Part shown: in pieces, positions 1 through 9,230 of the stretch
Position numbering within the stretch: the stretch's first letter is position 1
How the letters are laid out: every line of letters starts with the position of its first letter
Translations under genes and position numbers: made by a program
The notes under the pieces: generated by a model
What the model saw: the letters and a program-made list of their open reading frames with translations, nothing else
Database searches by the model: none
Told to the model about the DNA's origin: nothing
DNA from: Candidatus Regiella endosymbiont of Tuberolachnus salignus
Lineage (GTDB): Bacteria > Pseudomonadota > Gammaproteobacteria > Enterobacterales > Enterobacteriaceae
Length of the DNA stretch: 32,000 bases
Direction: 5' to 3'
NCBI RefSeq assembly: GCF_964020115.1
Contig: NZ_OZ026542.1
Coordinates: 1,845,436-1,877,435, forward strand

Positions 1-24
1 GTAACTTGAAAGACGAAGGGTATA
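1..24. repeat. ERIC-like MITE (family E), right end cut by window edge
   Basis: gtaacttgaaagacgaagggtata matches the right terminus of E1 (9904-9927) and of E3 (26469-26491). Confidence 0.7.
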
Positions 25-47
25 AAGAATATTTTCTAGGAGGTTAT

Positions 48-797
48 ATGTCTAAGGCTGCTTTATCATTTCTACCTGAAGAAGTTCCAGCGCCACTTGT
101 TTCATCGTGGGAAGATAGCGGTGATCCTTGGGGATTCAAAGATCATAATGCACGTTATTTGTATGCAAATGCTTCTTTCTTTGATTTATTGAATTTGCCA
201 TTAGAATCTAATATCGAAAAATTACCGGACACTAAGCAATCCGATAGCCATTTTTCTCAATTTTTATCTCAATTTACTGAGCAAGAACAACAAGCGAAAA
301 AAACCAAGAGAAAAGTATCTTCAATTGAAACCTATTGTTTTGGTCGAGAAGAAAAAATACAACCTTATCTTTTTGATAAGTTTCCATTGTTAAATGCTAA
401 AAAAGAATATATCGGTATTATCTTTCACGGGAAAAAAATGGATTTTTTCACTGGTGAACAATACCGTAACCACGAATCTCCGGTTAATTTCCTGGTTGAA
501 AAACCAGATGATTTTTTAACAGATCAGGAATTTGCAGTGCTTTTTTATCTTTGTGAAGACGCCAATGATGCGGTCATCGCTGAAGCATTATCACTCTCTG
601 AAGAAGAGGTCGCACAGCACCGAAAAACTATTTATCAAAAGGCGCAAGCCGAGTCTCTAGCAAGCTTGAATGATTTTTGTAAAAAAAGGGGATATCAGGG
701 TTACGTCCCACAAAAATTATTACGACCCAGTTCTGTCATAATTCCCTTTACTGAATGGGACTTAAATGATCTAGACTCGGGAAACGCTCAAAATTAA
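48..797 (+). CDS. LuxR-family solo transcriptional regulator with a non-AHL (PAS-like) N-terminal domain
   Basis: ORF 6..797 trimmed to ATG 48, which follows AGGAGG (41-46); codons upstream are read-through of a repeat end. The C-terminus has a LuxR/GerE-type HTH pattern (LTDQEFAVLFYL...IAEALSLSEEEVAQHRKTIYQKAQ). The N-terminus shares the PWG[FV]KD..[FY].YAN motif with the next gene. No autoinducer-binding domain is recognisable. Confidence 0.7.
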   Translation: MSKAALSFLPEEVPAPLVSSWEDSGDPWGFKDHNARYLYANASFFDLLNLPLESNIEKLPDTKQSDSHFSQFLSQFTEQEQQAKKTKRKVSSIETYCFGREEKIQPYLFDKFPLLNAKKEYIGIIFHGKKMDFFTGEQYRNHESPVNFLVEKPDDFLTDQEFAVLFYLCEDANDAVIAEALSLSEEEVAQHRKTIYQKAQAESLASLNDFCKKRGYQGYVPQKLLRPSSVIIPFTEWDLNDLDSGNAQN

Positions 798-890
798 TAC
801 AAAACATTACTCAGAAGCTCTTGCAATATCGACTTGTAGCAAGTACTTTTTACAAGTAGGCGATGGCAGACAAGATAGAGGAATAAGATC

Positions 891-1610
891 ATGGTAAATA
901 CAATAGACCACGAAAAAACCATTGATTCTCAATGTATAAAGACAGAATCTTTGGGTTCACTTATCTCTTTTATGGAAAATAATGAAGAGCCTTGGGGAGT
1001 GAAGGATTGTAGCTCTCGCTTTGTGTATGCAAATAAATCGACGCTGAGATTTAGTGGATTACCTAGCAATTTTAAGATGGAAAATAAATTAGACAGTGAA
1101 TGCTCGGGAGCTTCTTGGGCGGATTTCGAAGCTGACTTGCAAAAGCAAGATCGAGAGGTGGAGAAAAACAAAAAACGCGGTGCGATGATTCAAACTAACT
1201 TATGGGGAAGGGAGCACACCCTTTGCGAAAAATTTCCCCTCTTTAACAACGACAAGCAGTGTATTGGCACCGTATACCATGTAAGAAAGTTCAATTTTGT
1301 TTCTTTATATGAACTGTTTAACGACAGAATACCGCCAGTGCTAACTACAACGCCACCGGACAATAAATTTAAATTTACTGAAAAAGAACTTGAAATCATT
1401 TTCTGCTTGCTACATACCCATATGAGTGCGAAGGAAATAGGGAAAAAATTAAATCTTTCTCACCGCACAGTAGAAAATAAACTGCAAGTGCTATACAAGC
1501 AAAAAGCAGGCGTTAATTCATCAAATCAATTAAGAGAATTTTGCAGAGCAGAAGGTTTTGATCAGTATATCCCCGCCAGATTTTTTAAAGCTGGAGTGCA
1601 ATTCATTTAA
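891..1610 (+). CDS. LuxR-family solo transcriptional regulator, paralog of 48..797
   Basis: ATG 891 follows AGAGGA. The C-terminal HTH is FTEKELEIIFCLL...SAKEIGKKLNLSHRTVENKLQVLYKQKAGV. The N-terminus EEPWGVKDCSSRFVYANKSTL parallels GDPWGFKDHNARYLYANASFF in the upstream gene. Confidence 0.75.
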   Translation: MVNTIDHEKTIDSQCIKTESLGSLISFMENNEEPWGVKDCSSRFVYANKSTLRFSGLPSNFKMENKLDSECSGASWADFEADLQKQDREVEKNKKRGAMIQTNLWGREHTLCEKFPLFNNDKQCIGTVYHVRKFNFVSLYELFNDRIPPVLTTTPPDNKFKFTEKELEIIFCLLHTHMSAKEIGKKLNLSHRTVENKLQVLYKQKAGVNSSNQLREFCRAEGFDQYIPARFFKAGVQFI

Positions 1611-1736
1611 GTCGCTGCTCTAATTTTAGCGACAGAGCATACCGTACTGACCTTGTAAGGTTCCCCCTCTGTACTAAAAATCAGTCATCACCGATGATCC
1701 TCCGCTGAATTTAGTCGGGGAGAATGTCAAGTCTGA

Positions 1737-3173
1737 TTAGGGGGTAACGGTCTGCTTTCTATCACCAAACTGGTTACCGATATAAAAAGCCAACAGATTA
1801 AACGCCAACGAAGGGACAATCGGATGAAAACCGCCAAGATGGATATTAAAGCTAACCAGTAATGTATAACACATCCCACCCGTCATCATCGAACTAATGG
1901 CACCATATGCGTTGGCTTTCTCCCAATATAACCCTAGTAATAATGGCCATAAAAAGATGACCTCAAGACCTCCTAGCGCCAGTAGATTAAGCCAGATAAT
2001 CATCTCTGGTGGATACCAAGCCGTTAAGAGTAATAACAGGCCTAAGATGAGTGTCGACAAACTAGAAATATAGGTGAGTTTTCGCTCATTTTTAATTTGA
2101 TCAGGCTGTAGATTAAGGTACAGATCTTTGACAATCGTTGCAGATGATTGTAACAACTGGGCATTGATCGTCGACATAATTGCGGCGAGTGGTGCCGCTA
2201 GAAATATTCCAGCAGCAAATGATGGCAGCACCATGATCATTAACGTTGGAATAACTTGATCTGGGATCTTAAGATCAGGTAAGACAGCACGGCCTAATAC
2301 TCCCGCCAGATGCATTCCCAACATTAATATCGCCACAACAATAGTGCCAAGGATCATCCCTTGATGCACCGCTTTGCTATCTTTATAAGCGATACAGCGT
2401 ACTGCCGTAGGAGGCAAACCAATCAAGCCAAAACAGACCAACACCCAGAAAGAAGCCATGAAAGGCAAATCTAAGCGCTGCTCACTCCCTTGTGGTGAAA
2501 TCAGATTGGGATCGATATCTACCAATTTTTCGATTGCTTGCGTTAATCCCCCAGCGGCATAGACTACGGCAATAAGAAGTAAAATAGTGCCGATTAACAT
2601 CACCAACCCCTGTAACGCATCGTTTAATACGCTAGCACGGAAGCCACCGAAAGCGGTATACAGAATAGTACTAAGACCAAAAATCAGTAGTCCAGCGTCA
2701 TACGGGATACCCGCCGCGATTTCCAATAAACGCGCCCCACCGATAAATTGTGCTGTCATCGCACCAATCAAAGCCATTAGTAAACTGATACTGGCTAACC
2801 AAACCAGTAAACGGCTTTGATAACGGGCATACAATATATCGTTCAATGTGACAGCGTTATAACGACGTGCCAAAATAGCCAGTTTTTTGCCCAATACGCC
2901 TAAAGATAACCAGACTACTGGCAGTTGGATCATCGACAATAATACCCAACCTAATCCATATTTATATGCCGCCCCTGGCCCGCCGATAAACGAACTAGCG
3001 CCAATATAGGTGGTGGTTAATGTCATCGCTAACAAAAACCCCCCCATAGAACGATTGCCGACAAAATATTCGTTAAGAAAACTTCCAGTTCGCGGACGAG
3101 TATAAGAATAAAAAGATAAAGCGAAAATTAAGATAAGATAGGCGCATAACGGTAAAACCACATTAATCTGCAT
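1737..3173 (-). CDS. panF: sodium/pantothenate symporter
   Basis: From ATG 3173 (MQINVVLPLCAY...) the 478 aa align end to end by eye with E. coli PanF (MQLEVILPLVAY..., GGPGAAYKYGLGWVLL, AAPLAAIMSTINAQLLQSSAT). The 8 upstream codons in the ORF track have no counterpart. Confidence 0.95.
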   Translation of the reverse strand: MQINVVLPLCAYLILIFALSFYSYTRPRTGSFLNEYFVGNRSMGGFLLAMTLTTTYIGASSFIGGPGAAYKYGLGWVLLSMIQLPVVWLSLGVLGKKLAILARRYNAVTLNDILYARYQSRLLVWLASISLLMALIGAMTAQFIGGARLLEIAAGIPYDAGLLIFGLSTILYTAFGGFRASVLNDALQGLVMLIGTILLLIAVVYAAGGLTQAIEKLVDIDPNLISPQGSEQRLDLPFMASFWVLVCFGLIGLPPTAVRCIAYKDSKAVHQGMILGTIVVAILMLGMHLAGVLGRAVLPDLKIPDQVIPTLMIMVLPSFAAGIFLAAPLAAIMSTINAQLLQSSATIVKDLYLNLQPDQIKNERKLTYISSLSTLILGLLLLLTAWYPPEMIIWLNLLALGGLEVIFLWPLLLGLYWEKANAYGAISSMMTGGMCYTLLVSFNIHLGGFHPIVPSLAFNLLAFYIGNQFGDRKQTVTP

Positions 3174-3405
3174 CGGGCTCTTCCAACGACATATCACGAA
3201 AAATCAGTCGCACCATCAACCAACAAAGGAAAATAAAGAGTAATGGCAGGAAAATACAGGCTATTTCAAACCACAAAGGCAGTCTAGTTACCCCAAGGGC
3301 ATTGCCAGGTAGGTAAGCGCTTATTATCCATCCTGCTAGGTACAGCAGTGTTAAGCCTAAAGACCATCGTGCCTCTTTGTGAATTTGAATGAATCTTTTA
3401 TTCAT
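3163..3405 (-). CDS. yhdT: small inner-membrane protein YhdT (DUF997)
   Basis: 80 aa from ATG 3405 (MNKRFIQIHKEARWSLGLTLLYL...) match E. coli YhdT in length and sequence. It overlaps the panF start by 11 nt. Confidence 0.8.
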   Translation of the reverse strand: MNKRFIQIHKEARWSLGLTLLYLAGWIISAYLPGNALGVTRLPLWFEIACIFLPLLFIFLCWLMVRLIFRDMSLEEPDAD

Positions 3406-3476
3406 TATTGCTTTCATCATTTTCCGAAAGGGGGATCCCATCGACCTAAGTCGGGGAGAAATGAAGAGGATGTCAA

Positions 3477-3582
3477 TATAACCACATCAGTCTAATTTGA
3501 TTTTATGTTGTCGTCGCCTGCCGTACTATTTGTACTGTCTGTGCTCCTCCGCCTTGAATCAAATTAGACTGATGCGGCTATA
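3477..3582. mobile_element. MITE family B copy B1
   Basis: About 26-bp terminal inverted repeats (tataaccacatcagtctaatttgatt / aatcaaattagactgatgcggctata) and the family core ccgtactatttgtactgtctg. Shares its terminal TA with A1. Confidence 0.85.
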
Positions 3583-3695
3583 TACCCTTCGCCTTTGATG
3601 TTGGCTGCGAGCCTTCGCCCTCATGGTATGTCGACGCTCATCGAGTCTCACGCCCTGCCTGGCAGCCGAAGGCAACTTCAAAGACAAAGGGTATA
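3581..3695. mobile_element. ERIC-like MITE family A copy A1
   Basis: Termini tatacccttcgcctttgatg ... cttcaaagacaaagggtata; the interior matches the other A copies. Confidence 0.85.
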
Positions 3696-3767
3696 ACATT
3701 GATGTATCAACAGTTCCACGAAATTTTGGATAAAAAAAAGCGGCAACTTAAAGAACTGTGAGTATAA

Positions 3768-5132
3768 TTAATTTTCTTGTAATTCTAGTTTTTTTTCCAA
3801 ATAGTGGATATTGGTACTCCCTTTCTGAAAGCATTCATCATCCATAATTTGTTGATGCAATTCAATATTAGTTTTGATTCCATCAATAATCAGCTCCGTC
3901 AATGCATGCTTCATACGTGCAATCGCCGCTTCACGATTTTCACCATAAGTAATCAGTTTTCCAATCATCGAATCATAATAGGGTGGCACAGTGTAATTGG
4001 TATAAATATGCGATTCCCAGCGTACACCAAACCCTCCTGGGGCATGGAACCGCGTAATTTTTCCAGGGCTAGGTAGGAAAGTTTTTGCGTCTTCCGCGTT
4101 AATACGACATTCAATCGCATGGCCACGAACTACCACATCGTCTTGTTGAATAGAAAGTCGTTGACCTGCCGCAATCCGCAGCTGTTCTTTGATCAGATCA
4201 ATACCCGTTATCATCTCGGTGACGGGATGTTCAACCTGAATACGTGTATTCATCTCAATAAAATAAAATTCACCATTCTCATACAGAAATTCAAAGGTAC
4301 CGGCGCCACGGTAGCCAATATCAATGCAGGCTTTGACACAGCATTCACCGATATTAGACCGAATATCATTGCTAAGACCAGGGGCGGGGGCTTCTTCCAC
4401 CACTTTTTGATGACGGCGCTGCATTGAACAGTCACGTTCAGCGAGATAAAGCGCATTACCTTTACCATCGGCTAAGATTTGAATTTCGATATGGCGAGGA
4501 TTTTCAAGATATTTTTCCATATAAACCGTATCGTTATTAAAAGCAGCTTTAGCCTCTGTTCGGGTCATATCGATAGCTTTTTCTAAATCTTTAGCATCAT
4601 GAACTACCCGCATACCTCGTCCCCCCCCTCCCCCGGAGGCTTTAATAAGAACCGGATAGCCTATTTTTTTTGCCACCGCCTGATTTTTTTTGGCATCATT
4701 GCCTAATGAACCGTCAGATCCAGGTACACAAGGAACCCCTGCTTTTTTCATGGCGTTGATGGCGGAAACTTTATCGCCCATTAAGCGAATCGTTTCTGCT
4801 GTTGGGCCAATAAAAATAAATCCTGAATGCTCTACTTGTTCGGCAAAATCTGCATTTTCAGACAAAAAACCATATCCCGGATGAATAGCAGTGGCACCGG
4901 TTATTTCTGCTGCTGCAATAATGGCAGGAATATTCAAATAGCTTTTAACCGAAGGCGCGGAGCCAATGCATACTGTTTCGTCCGCCAATAAAACATGTTT
5001 TAGATCACGATCCGCCGTAGAGTGAACTGCCACCGTTTTTATCCCGAGTTCTTTACAAGCTCGCAATATCCGTAAAGCAATTTCTCCCCGGTTAGCGATA
5101 ATAATTTTTTCAATCATAGGGTTATCAAGCAT
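3768..5132 (-). CDS. accC: biotin carboxylase subunit of acetyl-CoA carboxylase
   Basis: ATG 5132 ([21 protein letters not shown]) has GAGG 5 nt upstream and lies 10 nt after the accB stop. Long near-identical blocks to E. coli AccC ([24 protein letters not shown]). Confidence 0.95.
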   Translation of the reverse strand: MLDNPMIEKIIIANRGEIALRILRACKELGIKTVAVHSTADRDLKHVLLADETVCIGSAPSVKSYLNIPAIIAAAEITGATAIHPGYGFLSENADFAEQVEHSGFIFIGPTAETIRLMGDKVSAINAMKKAGVPCVPGSDGSLGNDAKKNQAVAKKIGYPVLIKASGGGGGRGMRVVHDAKDLEKAIDMTRTEAKAAFNNDTVYMEKYLENPRHIEIQILADGKGNALYLAERDCSMQRRHQKVVEEAPAPGLSNDIRSNIGECCVKACIDIGYRGAGTFEFLYENGEFYFIEMNTRIQVEHPVTEMITGIDLIKEQLRIAAGQRLSIQQDDVVVRGHAIECRINAEDAKTFLPSPGKITRFHAPGGFGVRWESHIYTNYTVPPYYDSMIGKLITYGENREAAIARMKHALTELIIDGIKTNIELHQQIMDDECFQKGSTNIHYLEKKLELQEN

Positions 5133-5142
5133 AGTGGCCTCA

Positions 5143-5598
5143 TTATTCGATGACGACAAGAGGCTGATCGAATTCAATCGGTTGACCGTTTTCTACCAAA
5201 ATAGCTTTTATCGTACCGGACTTATCTGCTTCAATAAGATTCATCATCTTCATGGCTTCAATAATACATAAAGTATCACCGACAGAAACTTTTTGTCCTA
5301 TTTCAATGAAAGCTTTGGCTTCTGGGGTTGGTGTACGGTAGAAGGTACCAACCATCGGCGAACGGATAACATGATGATTCAATGCGGGCTCAACGACCGA
5401 AGGAACTGTCGTGGTAGCATCAGGTTGTTTTCCCGCCGCTGTGGGGATACAAGGCAGCGGTTGTTGCGTTATTGGATAATGTGATAGGGTTGGTGCACGG
5501 TTAATGCGTACTGACTCTTCACCTTCTGAAATTTCTAGCTCTGAAATGCCAGATTCCTCAACCAGTTCGATAAGTTTTTTAATTTTACGAATATCCAT
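5143..5598 (-). CDS. accB: biotin carboxyl carrier protein
   Basis: [32 protein letters not shown]... and the biotinyl-lysine motif EAMKMMN; same order as E. coli accBC. Confidence 0.95.
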   Translation of the reverse strand: MDIRKIKKLIELVEESGISELEISEGEESVRINRAPTLSHYPITQQPLPCIPTAAGKQPDATTTVPSVVEPALNHHVIRSPMVGTFYRTPTPEAKAFIEIGQKVSVGDTLCIIEAMKMMNLIEADKSGTIKAILVENGQPIEFDQPLVVIE

Positions 5599-5619
5599 GA
5601 GAGTAATTCCGTATTTTCT

Positions 5620-6081
5620 CTATGTCATTTTATTATATTTAGATAAGCGATTGACGGCTGCTTGTAAAGCAAAACTATAGCCATCAGCACCTAACCCACA
5701 AATTGTGCCAATTGCAATATCGGAAAAGTACGAATGATGGCGAAAAGGCTCTCTGGCATGCACGTTAGAAAGGTGAATTTCAATAAAAGGAATTCGCACT
5801 GCTAATAATGCATCACGCAAAGCGATACTGGTATGCGTGAAAGCGGCCAGATTGATCAAAATAAAATCGATATTTCCTTGTGCCTGATGAATTCTATCGA
5901 TAAGTTCATGCTCTACGTTCGATTGCAGGCAAGATAATTCGACATTCAATTCTTGCGCTTTTTGTTTCAATCCGCTAATCACTTCTTCCAGCGTGATCGC
6001 GGTGTACTTTTCTGGTTCACGCGTCCCAAGCAAATTGAGGTTAGGGCCGTTTATAAGCAAAATATGAAACTTATCCGACAT
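5620..6081 (-). CDS. aroQ: type II 3-dehydroquinate dehydratase
   Basis: [26 protein letters not shown]... closely matches E. coli AroQ. It lies directly upstream of accB, as in E. coli. Confidence 0.95.
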   Translation of the reverse strand: MSDKFHILLINGPNLNLLGTREPEKYTAITLEEVISGLKQKAQELNVELSCLQSNVEHELIDRIHQAQGNIDFILINLAAFTHTSIALRDALLAVRIPFIEIHLSNVHAREPFRHHSYFSDIAIGTICGLGADGYSFALQAAVNRLSKYNKMT

Positions 6082-6177
6082 GCTGTATCCAAATGGTGTT
6101 TTAAAAGCAGTTACTAAAAGGTCGACAAATTGACGACATCAAAATCGTCCGAGATAACTGATTTGTTACTTTATACT

Positions 6178-6324
6178 CTAAAAGCCTGTTCCAAATCTTC
6201 TTGAGCGACGCTGAATTGAGAAAAAATGAGCGAAAAAGCGCAGTTTACATAAGGAAAATGAGCATTTTGAGCTCATATTTGACGAAGTATCAGCGAGCAC
6301 AAGAGATTCCAAACAGTCTCTAAG
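6178..6324. mobile_element. MITE family C copy C1 (147 bp)
   Basis: ctaaaagcctgttccaaatcttcttgagcgacg ... cagcgagcacaagagattccaaacagtctctaag. It is a long imperfect palindrome and aligns along its whole length with C2 and C3. Confidence 0.85.
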
Positions 6325-6440
6325 ACTGCCATGGCAGCCAGAAGTAAAGTTCAGCATTATAACGATATCGTAGCAATTAGCAGCTAAATACTGCTTTTAT
6401 CCTCGAAGATATTTTATCCCGCGCAATAAAGTTTGTTTTT

Positions 6441-6542
6441 TCAGCTACCTACTAATTTGATTCAAGGCGGAGGGGTACAGACAGTAAAAATAGTAAGGCA
6501 AGCGACGACAACACAGAACCAAGTGAAAATGATTTAGCTACA
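6441..6542. mobile_element. MITE family B copy B2 (degenerate termini)
   Basis: The family core ttgattcaaggcggaggggtacagacagtaaaaatagtaaggcaagcgacgacaacac is present; both termini are diverged. Confidence 0.6.
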
Positions 6543-6557
6543 ACACCAATGCAGCTC

Positions 6558-6586
6558 TTGCTATTTGTTCAAGCATAGTGAATAAT
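6558..6586 (+). promoter_or_regulatory. candidate sigma70 promoter of ffs
   Basis: TTGCTA, 17 nt, AATAAT. This would give a leader of roughly 28 nt, consistent with 4.5S RNA being made as a 5'-extended precursor. Confidence 0.35.
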
Positions 6587-6620
6587 GCCGCCCGCTCCGA
6601 AACATAAAGGGGCATTCAAT

Positions 6621-6733
6621 GGTGGCTCTGTTGGTTCTCTCGCAGTACTAACTTGTGAATTCGGTCAGATCCGGAAGGAAGCAGCCGTAGCAGGCGATGT
6701 ATGTGCCGGGATGTAGCTTTCAGAGCCACCACC
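6621..6733 (+). ncRNA. ffs: 4.5S RNA (SRP RNA)
   Basis: 113 nt align by eye to E. coli 4.5S RNA: GGTGGCTCTGTTGGTTCTC...GGTCAGATCCGGAAGGAAGCAGCC...GTGCCGGGATGTAGC...AGAGCCACCACC. The 5' and 3' ends are complementary. Confidence 0.9.
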
Positions 6734-6806
6734 AAAATATACATTTTATCCTCCCTTAATATTCCCTAGATTTTTCTTCTCACATAGCTTTTTTGCACAT
6801 GCTTTC

Positions 6807-6838
6807 CTCGTTCAAGAAGATTTTGAACAGGCGCTAAG
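6807..6838. repeat. MITE family C terminal fragment (C10)
   Basis: ctcgttcaagaagattttgaacaggcgctaag matches the C terminus (gctcaagaagatttcgaacaggctctta). Its terminal cta is the feoA stop codon on the minus strand. Confidence 0.6.
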
Positions 6839-7058
6839 AATGCGCTTCTAACCTCAAAAAATTCAAATCCTTTTTGCGTAATAATAAGCTAACGCCTCGA
6901 ATTTGAATTTGAACAGGATCTCCAAAGGGCGCCAAACGAATCACTTGAAATGATGCGCCAGGTAACATGCCTAAAGAAAGTAATTTTTGCCGGTAGGTAG
7001 GTAGGATCTCGGGAAAAAAATGAATTATTTTATAATATTGCTGAGGAACAAACCGCAT
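6834..7058 (-). CDS. feoA: ferrous iron transport protein A (orphan; no feoB follows)
   Basis: From ATG 7058 (GAGG 4 nt upstream), ...[48 protein letters not shown] matches E. coli FeoA ([48 protein letters not shown]). Confidence 0.75.
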   Translation of the reverse strand: MRFVPQQYYKIIHFFPEILPTYRQKLLSLGMLPGASFQVIRLAPFGDPVQIQIRGVSLLLRKKDLNFLRLEAHS

Positions 7059-7094
7059 ATGACCTCTGTATCGCATAACCAAAAATTACTAAAT

Positions 7095-7113
7095 AATAAT
7101 GAGAATATTTATT
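7095..7113. promoter_or_regulatory. candidate Fur box upstream of feoA
   Basis: aataatgagaatatttatt matches 14 of 19 positions of the GATAATGATAATCATTATC consensus. It lies 37-55 nt upstream of the feoA start. Confidence 0.4.
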
Positions 7114-7199
7114 ATTCTAATTTACTTTAAGATAAAAATAAACAATAAAACCGTTAGTACATACTATTTGCAAATGTATTGTGAAGCTTTTACGATGTT

Positions 7200-7294
7200 T
7201 ATGCTCTTCGCTTTTGAAGCTGCCGCGTGTTGGCTGCACGTTCATCGGTTTCCCCTCTGGCCGCCTAGCGGCAATTTGCAGGACTATGGGTATA
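7200..7294. mobile_element. ERIC-like MITE family A copy A2 (short, internally deleted)
   Basis: TA-tgctcttcgcttttgaagctgccgcg...ctagcggcaatttgcaggactatgggta-TA, inserted at the central TA of a perfect palindrome (arms 7183-7199 and 7295-7311). Confidence 0.75.
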
Positions 7295-7407
7295 AACATC
7301 GTAAAAGCTTCAAAAGACAATCTAAATAGAGAGGAATGCTGAACGGGTTTCGATCACTTTTCGCTCTTCTATTTTTTAATTTAAAATTAAATGACTAGGT
7401 ATAAAAA

Positions 7408-7656
7408 ATGCATACTGTAATTTTTGGACGTTCTGGATGTCCCTATTGTGTCCGTGCAAAACAATTGGCAGAAACACTGGCGGCTAAACGCGACGATTTT
7501 ACTTTTCGCTACATAGACATTAATGAAGAAAATATTAGCAAAGCAGACCTAGAAAAAAGTGTTGGCCAACCGGTTAAAACTGTTCCACAAATTTTCATTG
7601 ATGAAAAACATATTGGGGGTTGTACCGATTTTGAAGCCTATATCCTTCGTCTTTGA
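7408..7656 (+). CDS. grxA: glutaredoxin 1 whose last 4 codons and stop come from a MITE
   Basis: MHTVIFGRSGCPYCVRAKQLAE...TVPQIFIDEKHIGGCTDFEAY matches E. coli GrxA (MQTVIFGRSGCPYCVRAKDLAE...). The tail ILRL-stop lies inside repeat A3. Confidence 0.9.
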   Translation: MHTVIFGRSGCPYCVRAKQLAETLAAKRDDFTFRYIDINEENISKADLEKSVGQPVKTVPQIFIDEKHIGGCTDFEAYILRL

Positions 7657-7753
7657 AGTTGCCTTCGACTGCCAAGGTGTGAGGCCGATGAGCGTGGACA
7701 TACCATGAGGGCTCGCAGCCAACAACGCGGCGGCTTCAAAGGCGAAGAGTATA
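7639..7753. mobile_element. ERIC-like MITE family A copy A3, inside the grxA 3' end
   Basis: TA-tatccttcgtctttgaagttgcc...ggcggcttcaaaggcgaagagta-TA. Confidence 0.85.
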
Positions 7754-7784
7754 TGTCAAAAAACATCATTTGCATCAACCATGA
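7754..7784 (+). other. displaced native 3' end of grxA
   Basis: Deleting A3 plus one TA gives GAA GCC TAT GTC AAA AAA CAT CAT TTG CAT CAA CCA TGA (EAYVKKHHLHQP-stop), in frame and parallel to the E. coli tail AAWVKENLDA. Confidence 0.6.
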
Positions 7785-7912
7785 AAAGGCTAAAAACAGA
7801 TAGGTTTCACAATATTCATTTCTTTTTTATAACTAATAATTGGCAAAGCCATATACTCAGGTTAATCTGACGGCTCAATCTGTTTAAACCCATTGCTATG
7901 GAAATTTCTCTT

Positions 7913-9103
7913 ATGTTTGAAAACATCGAGCTTGCCCCCGCTGATCCCATTTTAGGCCTTGCTGAGCAATTTAATAAAGATCCACAGCCAAATAAAATTA
8001 ACCTCGGCATTGGTGTCTACCAAGACGAAACCGGTAAAACACCGGTGTTATCTAGTGTAAAAAAAGCGGAGCAGTACCTGCTAGAAAATGAAACCAGCAA
8101 AAATTATCTTAGCATTGACGGATTACAAAATTTTGCCGGCTGCACACAGGCACTGCTTTTTGGTGAGAGCAGCGACATTATAAAAGAAAAAAGAGCGCGA
8201 ACTGCACAGACCCCGGGCGGAACTGGCGCGCTGAGGGTTGCCGCTGATTTTATCGCCAAAAAAACCGATGCTAAACGCGTGTGGGTGAGTAATCCCACTT
8301 GGCCAAATCATCACAATATTTTTCCCGCCGCCGGATTAGAAGTGGTTGAATACGGCTATTACGATGCACTCAATCACTGTCTGGATTTCGATAAAATAAA
8401 AACTGACTTAAGAAACAAGGCGCAAGCCGGTGATGTTGTATTATTCCACGGCTGTTGCCATAACCCAACTGGCATCGATCCGACACTAAAACAATGGCAA
8501 GAATTGGCTGAACTCTTGAAGGAAAAAAACCTGTTGCCTTTGTTTGATTTTGCCTATCAAGGCTTCGCAACAGGGCTTGAGGAAGATGCTGAAGGGTTAC
8601 GAGCTTTTGCAGAAAAGCATGATGAATTAATAGTCTGTAGCTCTTATTCGAAAAATTTTGGCTTATATAATGAACGTGTCGGTGCCTGCACCCTGGTTGC
8701 TGCCAGCCCGAAAAATGCGGATAACGCATTTAGTCAGATAAAAGCGACTATTCGTGCGAATTACTCAAATCCACCCGCTCATGGTGCTGCTGTCGTGGCC
8801 GCTATCCTCAATGATAAAACGACGTTACGCCCTCTCTGGGAAAAAGAATTGACAGCTATGCGTCAACGTATTAAAGAGATGCGGGATCTGTTCGTTGAGA
8901 CATTGGAGAAAGAAGGAGCAAATTTCAGTTTCATCAAACAACAGAATGGGATGTTTTCCTACAGTGGTTTAACGGCTAACCAGGTAACACGTTTACGCAA
9001 AGAATTTTCTGTTCATGCCGCCTCTTCTGGCCGCATTAACATTGCAGGGATGACGAAAGAAAATATGTCAACGCTGTGTAAAGCCATTGTTGAGGTTCTT
9101 TAG
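7913..9103 (+). CDS. aspC: aspartate aminotransferase
   Basis: 396 aa from ATG 7913 ([16 protein letters not shown]...) are collinear with E. coli AspC, including [14 protein letters not shown] (PLP lysine region). Confidence 0.95.
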   Translation: MFENIELAPADPILGLAEQFNKDPQPNKINLGIGVYQDETGKTPVLSSVKKAEQYLLENETSKNYLSIDGLQNFAGCTQALLFGESSDIIKEKRARTAQTPGGTGALRVAADFIAKKTDAKRVWVSNPTWPNHHNIFPAAGLEVVEYGYYDALNHCLDFDKIKTDLRNKAQAGDVVLFHGCCHNPTGIDPTLKQWQELAELLKEKNLLPLFDFAYQGFATGLEEDAEGLRAFAEKHDELIVCSSYSKNFGLYNERVGACTLVAASPKNADNAFSQIKATIRANYSNPPAHGAAVVAAILNDKTTLRPLWEKELTAMRQRIKEMRDLFVETLEKEGANFSFIKQQNGMFSYSGLTANQVTRLRKEFSVHAASSGRINIAGMTKENMSTLCKAIVEVL

Positions 9104-9104
9104 T

Positions 9105-9211
9105 TATAGCCGAATCAGTTTAATTTGATTCAAGGCGGAGGAGCACAGACAGTACAAATAGTACGGCAAGCGACGACAACACTTAAATCAAGTTAAAATG
9201 ATTTGGCTATA
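9105..9211. mobile_element. MITE family B copy B3
   Basis: tatagccgaatcagtttaatttgattcaaggcggagg...cagtacaaatagtacggcaagcgacgacaac...aaaatgatttggctata. It starts 1 nt after the aspC stop. Confidence 0.85.
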
Positions 9212-9230
9212 GCTGATTAATAGGTACTCT

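Noticed and set aside
1707-3476. Short direct repeat agtcggggagaa...tgtcaa on both sides of yhdT-panF (1712-1730 and 3449-3476), which might mark a mobile cassette.
   Set aside because: There are only about 12+6 matching nt with a 9-nt gap. Matches of this size are expected by chance many times in 32 kb, and yhdT-panF is in its normal syntenic context with accBC.
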